From Haloarculaceae archaeon H-GB1-1 (GTDB taxonomy: Archaea; Halobacteriota; Halobacteria; Halobacteriales; Haloarculaceae): 24,000 nt of DNA. The position numbers and the translations under genes are program-made. Position 1 is the first letter of the stretch, and the number at the start of each line of letters is the position of its first letter. The notes beneath the pieces were generated by a model. The model was not told where the DNA came from and made no database searches. It was given only the letters and a program-made list of their open reading frames with translations. The DNA is taken from positions 7,789 through 31,788 of the forward strand of contig JARUKX010000013.1 in the NCBI GenBank assembly GCA_029688825.1. The letters are read 5' to 3'. Positions 8,920 through 16,892 of the stretch are shown here, one piece after another.

Positions 8920-8996
8920 GTCCGGAGGGTCAGCGAGGACCTACTTAATTCGTGGTTGGTCGCCGATATCGATGCCATTGTGTCGCTATGGAGCCG

Positions 8997-10103
8997 TCAC
9001 GAGCGGTCGGCGTCTTCCGGGGACGGGCGCTCTCCGAGCGTGACGGTCACGTTCTGCTGGTCACCGTCTCGGAGAACGGTGAGCGTCACCTCGTCGCCCG
9101 GACGGGTCTCCGTAAAGAGGTACGACGCCAGCGCTTCGTTCGATCCCACGGACTGGCCGTCGATGGCGACGATGAGGTCGCCGCCGACGGGGACTTGCTC
9201 GCCGTCCACGAGGACGGTCTCGGTCGTCCCCTGCAACGTACCGTTCGCCGGCGCGTCCGCGTACACCTCGTGAACGTAGACGCCGCCGGTCGCATCGAAG
9301 CCGTTCGCCTCGAGGAGTTGCGGGGTGGCGCGAGCGGTCCCGATGCCGAGGAAGGTGTGCTCGAACTCGCCGTCGTCGATGAGTTCCGGAACGACGGTCC
9401 GGACGGCCGACGCGGACACGGAGAAGCCGATGTTCTCGGCCTCAGAAGCCGTGATGCCAGCCGTGTTGACGCCGATCACCGTCCCGTCACAGGACAGGAG
9501 CGGGCCACCGCTGTTGCCCGGGTTGATGGGCGCGTCGGTCTGGACGACGTCCGGAATCGTGAACCCGAGCGTCGTCGGCATCGACCGGTTCGTCCCGCTG
9601 ACGATACCGTGCGTGATCGTCCCTTCGAGTCCGAACGGGTTGCCGACCGCGGCGACCTTCTCGCCGTGCTGTGGCGGTTCGTCCGCGACGGGAAGTGGGT
9701 CGACGTAGTCCGGTGTATCGTCGACCCGAACGACGGCGAGGTCGGAGAACGTGTCGTTACCCACGACGGTCCCCATTCGCGACTCTTCGCGGGCAAACTG
9801 GACCTGCACGTTCGAGGCCTCGCCGACTACGTGCGCGTTCGTGACGAAGAACGCGGACCCGTCGTCGGCGACGCGATAGGCGAAGCCCGACCCCAGACCG
9901 TCGCCAGTTCGGATGGCGACGACGGAGTCGATGGTCCGGTCGTAGAGCGACGCGTACCCACAGGCAGCGCCCGCGTCGACCTGGTTCGTCCGAGCGGCGT
10001 CCGAGGGGTCGGCCGGGAGCGATGCGCCGACGCCGGTCATCGCCACGCCAGTCGTCACGAGAAGGAGCGTTACGACGACTGCTGGAAATCTCGTGTCGTT
10101 CAC
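8997..10103 (-). CDS. HtrA/DegP-type (S1C) serine protease with C-terminal PDZ domain
   Basis: 368 aa with an N-terminal hydrophobic anchor. Catalytic triad contexts TNAHVV, DLAVVRV and GNSGGPLL. PDZ-like tail (GVYVHEV...GDLIVAIDGQSV). Confidence 0.9.
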   Translation of the reverse strand: MNDTRFPAVVVTLLLVTTGVAMTGVGASLPADPSDAARTNQVDAGAACGYASLYDRTIDSVVAIRTGDGLGSGFAYRVADDGSAFFVTNAHVVGEASNVQVQFAREESRMGTVVGNDTFSDLAVVRVDDTPDYVDPLPVADEPPQHGEKVAAVGNPFGLEGTITHGIVSGTNRSMPTTLGFTIPDVVQTDAPINPGNSGGPLLSCDGTVIGVNTAGITASEAENIGFSVSASAVRTVVPELIDDGEFEHTFLGIGTARATPQLLEANGFDATGGVYVHEVYADAPANGTLQGTTETVLVDGEQVPVGGDLIVAIDGQSVGSNEALASYLFTETRPGDEVTLTVLRDGDQQNVTVTLGERPSPEDADRS

Positions 10104-10268
10104 GCGTCAACTTACAGTCTGTTCCGGAGAATGCTTTCTCACGGATTGGTTGCCAGTCGACTGCGAAGCGACGAGCGGCCAGTCACTGGCGCTCGCTGCC
10201 GGCGACGGAGGAACTCGCGGCCGAAAGCAGGCGAAACACCGAAGCCACCCGGCGTGAAACACGCCCAC

Positions 10269-10703
10269 ATGGGAAAGCGGATTCTGGTTCCAGTCGACAG
10301 ATCGGAACAGGCGAAAGAGGCCTCTGCGTTCGTCGTCTCGGAGTTCGGGAGCGAAGACACCGAGATGGTACTGTTGCACGTCATCAACCCCACCGAGGCA
10401 GGGTACAGCGCACAGGCGTCCATCCCGAGCTTCTCCGAAGAGTGGTTCGAGCGGGAGAAGGAGGCCGCACAGAACCTGTTCGACGACTTAGAGGCCGAAG
10501 CGACTGCACACGGCATCACGGTCAGCCACGAGATCGAGGTCGGGAAACCGACCCGCTCCATCGTCGAGTTCGCCGAGGAGAACGACGTGGACCAGATCGT
10601 GATGGGGAGCCACGGACGGGCGGGCGTCACCCGGATTCTGCTCGGAAGCGTCGCGGAGGCGGTCGTCCGGCGCTCGCCCGTTCCCGTAACTGTCGTTCGG
10701 TGA
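10269..10703 (+). CDS. Universal stress protein (UspA family)
   Basis: 144 aa from the ATG at 10269 (MGKRILVPVDRSEQA...). ATP-binding tail MGSHGRAGVTRILLGSVAEAVVRRSPVPVTVV. The upstream part of ORF 8952..10703 is antisense to the protease gene. Confidence 0.85.
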   Translation: MGKRILVPVDRSEQAKEASAFVVSEFGSEDTEMVLLHVINPTEAGYSAQASIPSFSEEWFEREKEAAQNLFDDLEAEATAHGITVSHEIEVGKPTRSIVEFAEENDVDQIVMGSHGRAGVTRILLGSVAEAVVRRSPVPVTVVR

Positions 10704-10725
10704 TGGACGACGATGGCGGCCCGAC

Positions 10726-11253
10726 TCACGACGGCGGCGTCGGCGTCGTCGGGCACGCATCGGCCGTACAGGGTATCGACTTCACCCTGACGAAGTCGCC
10801 CTCCTGGACGAGCGTGATGCCGTAGTACCGGCCCTCGTAGTGGAGGTACGTGTGGGCGAAGGATTCGCCGTCGGTCTCCTCCCAGCGACGCTCGACGTGC
10901 GCGAACAGCGCCATCACGTCGCTGCGGTCGCCTCCCCGGGAACACTCCCGATAGGTCCCGTCGGCTGCGAGCGCGCGCTCGACGGCGCTCCTTGCGGCGG
11001 CGTCCAGGGTATCGTACGCAACGACGACCGTGTCGGCGTACTCTGTGACGTACGACGGGACCTCGAACAGCGTCAACGCGTCGACCGCCGACTGGGGGCC
11101 TCCCGTCTCGGTGGTGGCCGCACACGCATCGGTCTCGGCGTCACCGTCCGTGGAGTGGTCGGTGGTCCCGTTCCGCAGCGCGGCGTTCGAACAGCCGGCC
11201 AGAGAGAGCGACGCCACCGCAGCGGTCGTCGAGAGATACTGTCTCCGATGCAC
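10726..11253 (-). CDS. Tat-signal lipoprotein, unknown function
   Basis: MHRRQYLSTTAAVASLSLAGCS carries a twin-arginine motif plus an LAGC lipobox. The mature part has several Cys and a PTTPTPPS tail. Confidence 0.7.
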   Translation of the reverse strand: MHRRQYLSTTAAVASLSLAGCSNAALRNGTTDHSTDGDAETDACAATTETGGPQSAVDALTLFEVPSYVTEYADTVVVAYDTLDAAARSAVERALAADGTYRECSRGGDRSDVMALFAHVERRWEETDGESFAHTYLHYEGRYYGITLVQEGDFVRVKSIPCTADACPTTPTPPS

Positions 11254-11362
11254 GTCTCAGCCGTCGTCGAGACGACTGAAAGAGGTTGGCGACGATCAAG
11301 CGCGCGTTTCACACTCCATCTCGCCGACGTGCACGCACCAGGTGCTCGCGTCGACGCCCCGC

Positions 11363-11812
11363 TCAGTCGACGTGGCGAACGATGTGGACGTCGTAGCGCG
11401 GGTCTTCGGAGACCGGTGCGCCGACGCTCGTCACGGGCGTCGTGACGCGGCCGGCATTCTCGCTCCCGATGAACACGATTTCGGCATCGACCTCGTCGGC
11501 GACGTTCCGGATGGTCCGCACGACGTCCATCTCGATGGTCGCCTTCTCGCTGACGTCCTCCGTCGTCTCACAGCGGAAGGTCGCCGAGGGTGCGACCGCG
11601 TGGACCTCCTCGCGCAGTCGGTCACAGATGGCGTCGAGGTCGAACGGCTCGTCCTCGCCGAGCCAGCCCTGGTCGACCGCGAACCACGACTCGTCGTCCG
11701 GGACCACCGTCAGCGCGACCACGTCGGCGTCCATGAACGACGCGAACTCCGACGCGCGTTCGAGCGCCGCCTTCGAGAGGTCCGTACCGTCGTAGGGGAC
11801 TAACAGCGTCAT
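11363..11812 (-). CDS. Universal stress protein family protein
   Basis: 149 aa. USP-like start MTLLVPYDGTDLSKAAL and a later IVFIGSENAGRV segment. Confidence 0.75.
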   Translation of the reverse strand: MTLLVPYDGTDLSKAALERASEFASFMDADVVALTVVPDDESWFAVDQGWLGEDEPFDLDAICDRLREEVHAVAPSATFRCETTEDVSEKATIEMDVVRTIRNVADEVDAEIVFIGSENAGRVTTPVTSVGAPVSEDPRYDVHIVRHVD

Positions 11813-11877
11813 CGTCTGCCGGTGCGGTGCGGGTCCACAAGAAACTACGGACGGTGATGGACCGTCGGGGACGTGAC

Positions 11878-12672
11878 CTACCGGTCAGGATGTCCCGAAA
11901 GGGCCGCGGTTCGCTCGCGGACGAACGGGGCCACGGCGTCGGCGACCACGTCGGGTGCCGTCTGGGTCGCGACGTGACCGACGCCGTCGAGTTCGACGAG
12001 GCGACTGTCGGAAAGCCGCTCGTGCAGCGCGTCGACGGCGTCGCGGAGGTGTCTGGGACCGCGCTCGCCAGTGAGGAGGAGCGTGGGTACGTCCACGCCG
12101 GGGTCCGACGGAAGGCGGTAGTTCTCGACGGCCTCGTTCTCGCGAACGACCGTCTCGACGCGGTCGAGTCTCGCTTCCTCGGGCCACCACGGCAAGCGTT
12201 CGACGTCCGGGACGCCACCGCCCTCTTCGAGGAACAGCCGCATCGCGGCCTGTCGGTCACCGTCGTCGAGACGCTGCTGCATCCGGGCGGCGAGGTCGTC
12301 GCCGCGGTGCTCGCCGACCAGCATCGCCGGCTCGTAGAGGACGAGGCCAGCGAGCGACGCCTCCGTGGCCGTCGCGAACGCGACGAGGCCGCCGAAGGAG
12401 TGGCCGAACAGGACGGGGTCGCCGTCGACGGCGGCACAGAGGGCGGCGGCGTCTTCCACCTCCCGCTGGAGACTGTACTGCTCGCCATCGCCGCTGTCGC
12501 CCCGGCCGCGTCGGTCGGCAGCGACGAGCGTGCAGTCGCTGGCGAGGTGGGCCGCGAGCGGGTCCCAGTGGTGGCGGTCGCCCGACCCGCCGTGGAGGAG
12601 GACGACGGGCGGCCCCTCGCCGTGTCGTTCGTACGCGATCGTCGTTCCGTCCGCGGACGTGACTGTCTGCAT
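11878..12672 (-). CDS. Alpha/beta-fold hydrolase
   Basis: 264 aa. HGGSG oxyanion region (VVLLHGGSG), nucleophile elbow GHSFGG and a late His (GVGHVA). Confidence 0.85.
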   Translation of the reverse strand: MQTVTSADGTTIAYERHGEGPPVVLLHGGSGDRHHWDPLAAHLASDCTLVAADRRGRGDSGDGEQYSLQREVEDAAALCAAVDGDPVLFGHSFGGLVAFATATEASLAGLVLYEPAMLVGEHRGDDLAARMQQRLDDGDRQAAMRLFLEEGGGVPDVERLPWWPEEARLDRVETVVRENEAVENYRLPSDPGVDVPTLLLTGERGPRHLRDAVDALHERLSDSRLVELDGVGHVATQTAPDVVADAVAPFVRERTAALSGHPDR

Positions 12673-12780
12673 GGACGTCCCCGTAGGCCGAGAGGTGTGG
12701 AATGCGTGACTCTCAGCTGTTCGACCATTTATATCTCGACGGGTCCGTGCGCGACGTCCAGATCCGGGCAGCGTGACCGC

Positions 12781-14079
12781 TCACGCACGCTGTAGTTCGA
12801 CGACGAACACCACGCCACTGTCGTAGGCGTCGGGATCGATGCCGGTCGTCGGGTCCTGGTCGGCGCGGTCCTCGACCCACACCTCGCCGCCGTAGGTCGT
12901 GACCAGCCGATTCACCAGATAGAGTCCGATACCCGTCCCGTCGCTGTCGAGCGACTGCTCGCCCTTCCCGAAGATGACCTCCTTCTCCTCGTCGGGGACG
13001 CCGGGTCCGTTGTCGGCGACCCGAAGCTCGACGTGCTCGTCGACCGTTCTGGCCGCGACCTCGACCACGGGGTCGTCGCCGTCGTTGTGGTTGACGGCGT
13101 TGCTGAGGAGGTTCCTGACCACGGAACTCAGCATCTCGTTGGCGATGACCTCGACCGACGGGATCTCCGTCAGCCGTTCGAAGTCGGCCTCCGGGTAGGC
13201 CTCCGCCTGTCGCTCCAGTTCGAACGAGAGGAGGTCGTCGAACGCGATGGGCTCCAGCTGGGGTTCTTCGGAGCTGGCGAGCGTATCGATGAACTCTCGC
13301 GCGTCGTCGGTCACTCCGATGATGTGGTCGCTCGTCGTGATGATCTTCTCCGCGGCGCGGTCGTCGTCGGTTCGCTGGGCCACCACCTCGGCGAAGCCAC
13401 GGATGATCTGCATGCCGTTGCGGATGTCGTGGCGGACCACGCGGTTCAGGGCCTCCAGTTCGTCGTTGATGGTCTCCAGGCGCTGCTCGTAGGTCTTCAG
13501 TTCGGTGATGTCGATGACGCCACCGCGGAAACCAGCCGGTGCGCCGTCCTCGTACATGACCTGCGCGTTGTCCGAGACCCACCGAACCTCGCCGTCTCGG
13601 CGCCGGATGCGGTACTCGAAGTTCTCGATGGTCTCGCCGTCGCGAAGGGCCGTAACGTACTCCTCGTATCGGTCTGGGTCGACGAACACGTCGGTCTCCA
13701 CGTCCGAGACGGCCCGCTGGAGTGCCTCGGGCGTCTCGTAGCCCAGCACGTCCGCCATCGACTCGTTCGCGACGACGTAGCGGCGACCGTCCGGTGTCGT
13801 TCGGTAGATGCCCTCGACGGCGTGTTCGAACAGCGAGCGGTACTTCTCCTCGGCTTCCTGGAGTTCCAGCGTCAATGCGACCATCCCCTCGTTGGTCTCT
13901 TCGAGCTCCGTCGTCAGTCGGGAGAGGCGGTCGTCCTGCTCGTCGAGTCGGTCCGCTGCCTCCGCAAGCAGCGCTGCAACGTCGTCGTCGTGCGATTCTG
14001 CGGCTTCTCGCAGTCTCCCACGAAGGTCTTCCTCGGTCATTGGCCAGTGTCGATGCGCCGTCGATACGGCGTCATCCAC
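12781..14079 (-). CDS. PAS-domain sensor histidine kinase
   Basis: 432 aa. Helical N-terminus, one PAS/PAC domain (YRSLFEHAVEGIYRTTPDG...), H-box VVRHDIRNGMQII, N-box NLLSNAVNHN, G-boxes ADNGPGV and GTGIGL. The start could instead be the ATG at 14041 (MTEEDL). Confidence 0.85.
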   Translation of the reverse strand: MDDAVSTAHRHWPMTEEDLRGRLREAAESHDDDVAALLAEAADRLDEQDDRLSRLTTELEETNEGMVALTLELQEAEEKYRSLFEHAVEGIYRTTPDGRRYVVANESMADVLGYETPEALQRAVSDVETDVFVDPDRYEEYVTALRDGETIENFEYRIRRRDGEVRWVSDNAQVMYEDGAPAGFRGGVIDITELKTYEQRLETINDELEALNRVVRHDIRNGMQIIRGFAEVVAQRTDDDRAAEKIITTSDHIIGVTDDAREFIDTLASSEEPQLEPIAFDDLLSFELERQAEAYPEADFERLTEIPSVEVIANEMLSSVVRNLLSNAVNHNDGDDPVVEVAARTVDEHVELRVADNGPGVPDEEKEVIFGKGEQSLDSDGTGIGLYLVNRLVTTYGGEVWVEDRADQDPTTGIDPDAYDSGVVFVVELQRA

Positions 14080-14133
14080 AGTAAACGTCCCGGATACCCA
14101 TCAGGCCGCCAATCTGTCCGCTCACTCGCCCGT

Positions 14134-15168
14134 CTAATCGGTCGTGTCCTCGGAGACGACGAGCACGGTCGCGTCGTCGTGGTCCTTCCCCAGGTCGTTC
14201 AGCAGGCCGCGCGCGATCACCGTCGCCGGTTTGCCGTGCAAGCGCGAGTAGTCCTGCCACTCCCAGTGGGAGGTGGCACCGTCGGAGAACAGCGCCAGCC
14301 GATAGTCGGGTCGCCACTCGGTGCTTGTGACGGCAGGATCCGGCCCGTTCCCGCCGACGACGCCGCGTCGCGTGATGAGTCGGACGTCTCCGCCCCCGTC
14401 GATCTTGTAGTTGATGTTGCCGACGCTTCCGAAGGTGACCGTTTCCTCGTCCCAGTCGAAGCGAGCGAGGGCCATCACGACGCCCCGAGTCCCGCGACAG
14501 GCTCGCTCGGCTCCGCTGAAGATCGACTGGATCGAGTTGTCGTAGTGGCGCTCGACGTACCCCTTGGCCGCCATCGCGGCCTTGTGAGCACCCACGCCGT
14601 GGCCCAGTCCGTCGATGACGCCGACGAGCGCCTCGTCGTTCCAGCGTTTGAGGATGAAGCTGTCGCCGTTGGGCGTGCCCGGTGTCATCGGCCGGGACGC
14701 GGCACCGAACGAGAGGGGGCAGTCCAGCGTCGTCTCGTATGCCGGCCGGAGCCATCGATCGGCGACCACGTGCGTGCCGTACTTGGGTTCGCCCGGTGCG
14801 GCGACCGTGACCTCGTCCATGAGGCGATTGACCGCGCCGAGTCCGGCCCCGAGACTGCCCGCCGTCGATTCCCCGTCGGCGAACGCCTCGTCGACGTCGT
14901 CGATACCGGGGCCGGCGTCCAGCGATTCGATGCGGACGCCCGTCCGCTCACCCGTGCGTATGGTCGCGACGGAGACCTCGCCGCGGTCGGCGTGCGCCAG
15001 GACGTTCGCCGCGAGTTCCGCGGCGACGAGACCGATCTCGGTGGCGGCCGTCTCGTCGAACCCGACGTCGGCGGCCACGTCCTCCGCGGTCGACCGAACG
15101 AGGACGTCGTCGCCCTCCCGCTCGACGGGCCGGTTCGTCGTCTCGCGCACCTCGACATCGTCGCTCAT
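14134..15168 (-). CDS. Fusion protein: RsbT/RsbW-like GHKL ATPase domain plus PP2C (SpoIIE/RsbX-like) phosphatase domain
   Basis: 344 aa from the ATG at 15168-15166 (MSDDVEVRE...). N-terminal half: ELAANVLAHAD, DAGPGIDD, GLGAGLGAVNRLMDE. C-terminal half: GDSF, VIDGLGHG, LFSDG, DDATVLVV (PP2C acidic motifs). The start overlaps the upstream stop (TGATG). Confidence 0.8.
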   Translation of the reverse strand: MSDDVEVRETTNRPVEREGDDVLVRSTAEDVAADVGFDETAATEIGLVAAELAANVLAHADRGEVSVATIRTGERTGVRIESLDAGPGIDDVDEAFADGESTAGSLGAGLGAVNRLMDEVTVAAPGEPKYGTHVVADRWLRPAYETTLDCPLSFGAASRPMTPGTPNGDSFILKRWNDEALVGVIDGLGHGVGAHKAAMAAKGYVERHYDNSIQSIFSGAERACRGTRGVVMALARFDWDEETVTFGSVGNINYKIDGGGDVRLITRRGVVGGNGPDPAVTSTEWRPDYRLALFSDGATSHWEWQDYSRLHGKPATVIARGLLNDLGKDHDDATVLVVSEDTTD

Positions 15169-15614
15169 CAGCGCCACTTCCGGATGAGAATCGTCGTCCC
15201 TTTCTCGGCGCTGGAGGTCAGTTCGAAGTCGTCCATGAGCTTCTTCGTCCCCTGGATACCGCGCCCCATACCGTTCGAGGTGGAGTGGTCCGCCCGGAGC
15301 ACGCCGTCGACGTCGTCGATTCCCGGGCCGTCGTCCTCGAAGACGAGTTCGATTCCGACGCGGGGTCCGTCCTCGATCTCGCGCCACTTCATCACTCCCT
15401 CGTCCGCGTAGAGGAAGACGTTCCGCGCCAGTTCCGAAACGGCTGTCACGGTCCGCGTGACGTCGGTGATGGAGAGGCCGATGTCCTCGGCTATCGAGCG
15501 CGCCTGCTGGCGGGCACGGAGGATGTCGTCCTCCGAGTCGATCCACACCTCGCCCGACCGTGCCGTCGTCGTCGGTGAGCGTCGCCGCTCGTCCGATTCC
15601 TGCCGCTCATCCAT
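15168..15614 (-). CDS. RsbT-like anti-sigma-type serine/threonine kinase (HATPase_c_2 type)
   Basis: 148 aa. SELARNVFLYA (N-box), DDGPGIDD (G1), GMGRGIQGTKKLMDDF (G2). The ATG overlaps the upstream STAS gene by 8 nt. Confidence 0.85.
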   Translation of the reverse strand: MDERQESDERRRSPTTTARSGEVWIDSEDDILRARQQARSIAEDIGLSITDVTRTVTAVSELARNVFLYADEGVMKWREIEDGPRVGIELVFEDDGPGIDDVDGVLRADHSTSNGMGRGIQGTKKLMDDFELTSSAEKGTTILIRKWR

Positions 15615-15993
15615 CGCGTTCCGCCTCGCTGGTGGTCGAGATTCCGAGCAACGTCAGCGCGTGGTCGGTGTTGCGCGCGGTCTCGATGTCGCCCAGCCCG
15701 AAGCCGAGTTCGGCGGCGGTGATGGCGACTGCGGGACGCATCCCGACCACGACCGCCCGTCCACCCATGAGCGCGACCATGTTCGCCGTCTCGGAGATGA
15801 CCCGCGCGAAGAACGAGTCCAGCGTCGTCACCGCGGAGATGTCCAGCACGACGCCGCGCGGGTTCACGTCCTCCATCTCGTTCAGGACCGCCTGCTGAAG
15901 TTGGTCGACGGCTTGATCGGTCGGTCGCGACGGGAAGTTGGCGATCAGCACGTCGAAGACCTGCGTCACCGAGCCATCCTCTGCCGTGGTCAC
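15607..15993 (-). CDS. RsbS-like single STAS-domain protein
   Basis: 128 aa from the GTG at 15993-15991, which overlaps the TGA of the upstream gene as GTGA. STAS core VVLDISAVTTLDSFFARV with Ser60 (nt 15814-15816), then VVVGMRPAVAITAAELG. No in-frame ATG gives a full domain. Confidence 0.75.
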   Translation of the reverse strand: MTTAEDGSVTQVFDVLIANFPSRPTDQAVDQLQQAVLNEMEDVNPRGVVLDISAVTTLDSFFARVISETANMVALMGGRAVVVGMRPAVAITAAELGFGLGDIETARNTDHALTLLGISTTSEAERDG

Positions 15994-16757
15994 TCGAACT
16001 TCACCCCCTGCCAGGTGAGCGCGACACGGAGCCCCTCCATCAGCGAGGACTGCGTCTCGACGTCTTCGAGCTTGACGCCGAGCTGGACGAGCGTCTGCGC
16101 GATGTCCGGGCTGATGCCGGTGATGACGACGTTCGCGCCCAGGAGGTTCACCGCGTTGATGGTGTCGATGAGGTGCTGTGCCGTCGCGGTGTCGAGCGCC
16201 GCGACGCCGGTGATGTCGATGAGCGCGACGGCCGCTTCGGCCTCGACGATGCGGTCGAGCAGGTCCTCGGTGAGCCGTTCGGCCTTCTGGGTGTCCAGCG
16301 ACCCGACGACCGTCGTGAGGATGACGCCGTCCCAGATCTCGACGACCGGCATCGAGAGGTTCCGGACCTCCTGTGCGAGGCTCCGCAGTCGGCGCTCGTT
16401 CTCGCGCCGGTCGGTGATGTCCCGACCGATGCCCGCGATGGCCTCGACATCGCCGTCGGAGGTCAGCGGCGATACCGAGAACTCGTAGGGTACCTCGGTC
16501 CCGCCGCGGGTCTCCAGGTTCGCCTGAACCGTCGTACGAGTTCCCCTCTCCTGCACCTCCTCGATGGTCTCCCCGATGACCTCGCGCTCGTCGCCGGAGA
16601 ACAGGTCCTTCGGCGACATCTCCCCGATCTCGTCGTCGTTGTAGCCCGTGACCGCGGGCAATTGTTCGTTCCACTCCAGGAAGTCGCCATCCGCCGAGAA
16701 GATGTAGAAGACATCTTCAAGCTCGTCGATGCCGGTCGCGAGTAGCTCGTCGTCCAT
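15990..16757 (-). CDS. RsbR-like PAS + STAS sensor protein
   Basis: 255 aa. N-terminal PAS (no LOV-type Cys motif seen). C-terminal STAS with GSLDT(156)QKAERL and ITGVAALDT(190)ATAQHL, then VVITGISPDIAQTLVQLG. TATAAAA at 16783-16789 (TTTTATA in minus sense) lies 26-32 nt upstream of the ATG. Confidence 0.85.
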   Translation of the reverse strand: MDDELLATGIDELEDVFYIFSADGDFLEWNEQLPAVTGYNDDEIGEMSPKDLFSGDEREVIGETIEEVQERGTRTTVQANLETRGGTEVPYEFSVSPLTSDGDVEAIAGIGRDITDRRENERRLRSLAQEVRNLSMPVVEIWDGVILTTVVGSLDTQKAERLTEDLLDRIVEAEAAVALIDITGVAALDTATAQHLIDTINAVNLLGANVVITGISPDIAQTLVQLGVKLEDVETQSSLMEGLRVALTWQGVKFE

Positions 16758-16782
16758 GGGGTCGAAGAAGGACTACGAGCCT

Positions 16783-16789
16783 ATAAAAC
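16783..16789 (-). promoter_or_regulatory. TATA box candidate for the RsbR-like operon (leaderless spacing)
   Basis: TTTTATA (minus sense) 26-32 nt upstream of the ATG at 16757, in a locally AT-rich 135-nt divergent intergenic region. Confidence 0.45.
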
Positions 16790-16892
16790 ACGAAGGTATT
16801 TCAGGAATGGATCGTTACAAAAAAGCCAGCCCGTCCAGCGCGGCGGATGTCGCCTTCGCTACCCACTAGTAACGTCGGGGCCAACACCCGGT

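Noticed and set aside
8952-10268. Upstream 439 codons of the 583-aa plus-strand ORF
   Set aside because: It is antisense to the HtrA protease gene. Only the last 144 codons (from the ATG at 10269) form a USP domain.
13033-15411. 792-aa plus-strand ORF
   Set aside because: It is antisense to the PAS kinase and two Rsb-like genes, with no domain signatures.
15169-15546. N-terminal extension of ORF 14134..15546
   Set aside because: The extension is an out-of-frame reading of the RsbT-like gene. The ATG at 15168 gives a clean ATPase-PP2C protein coupled to the upstream stop.
15994-16674. Long Arg-rich N-terminal extension of ORF 15607..16674
   Set aside because: It is an out-of-frame overlap with the RsbR-like gene. 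The STAS domain begins just after the GTG at 15993.
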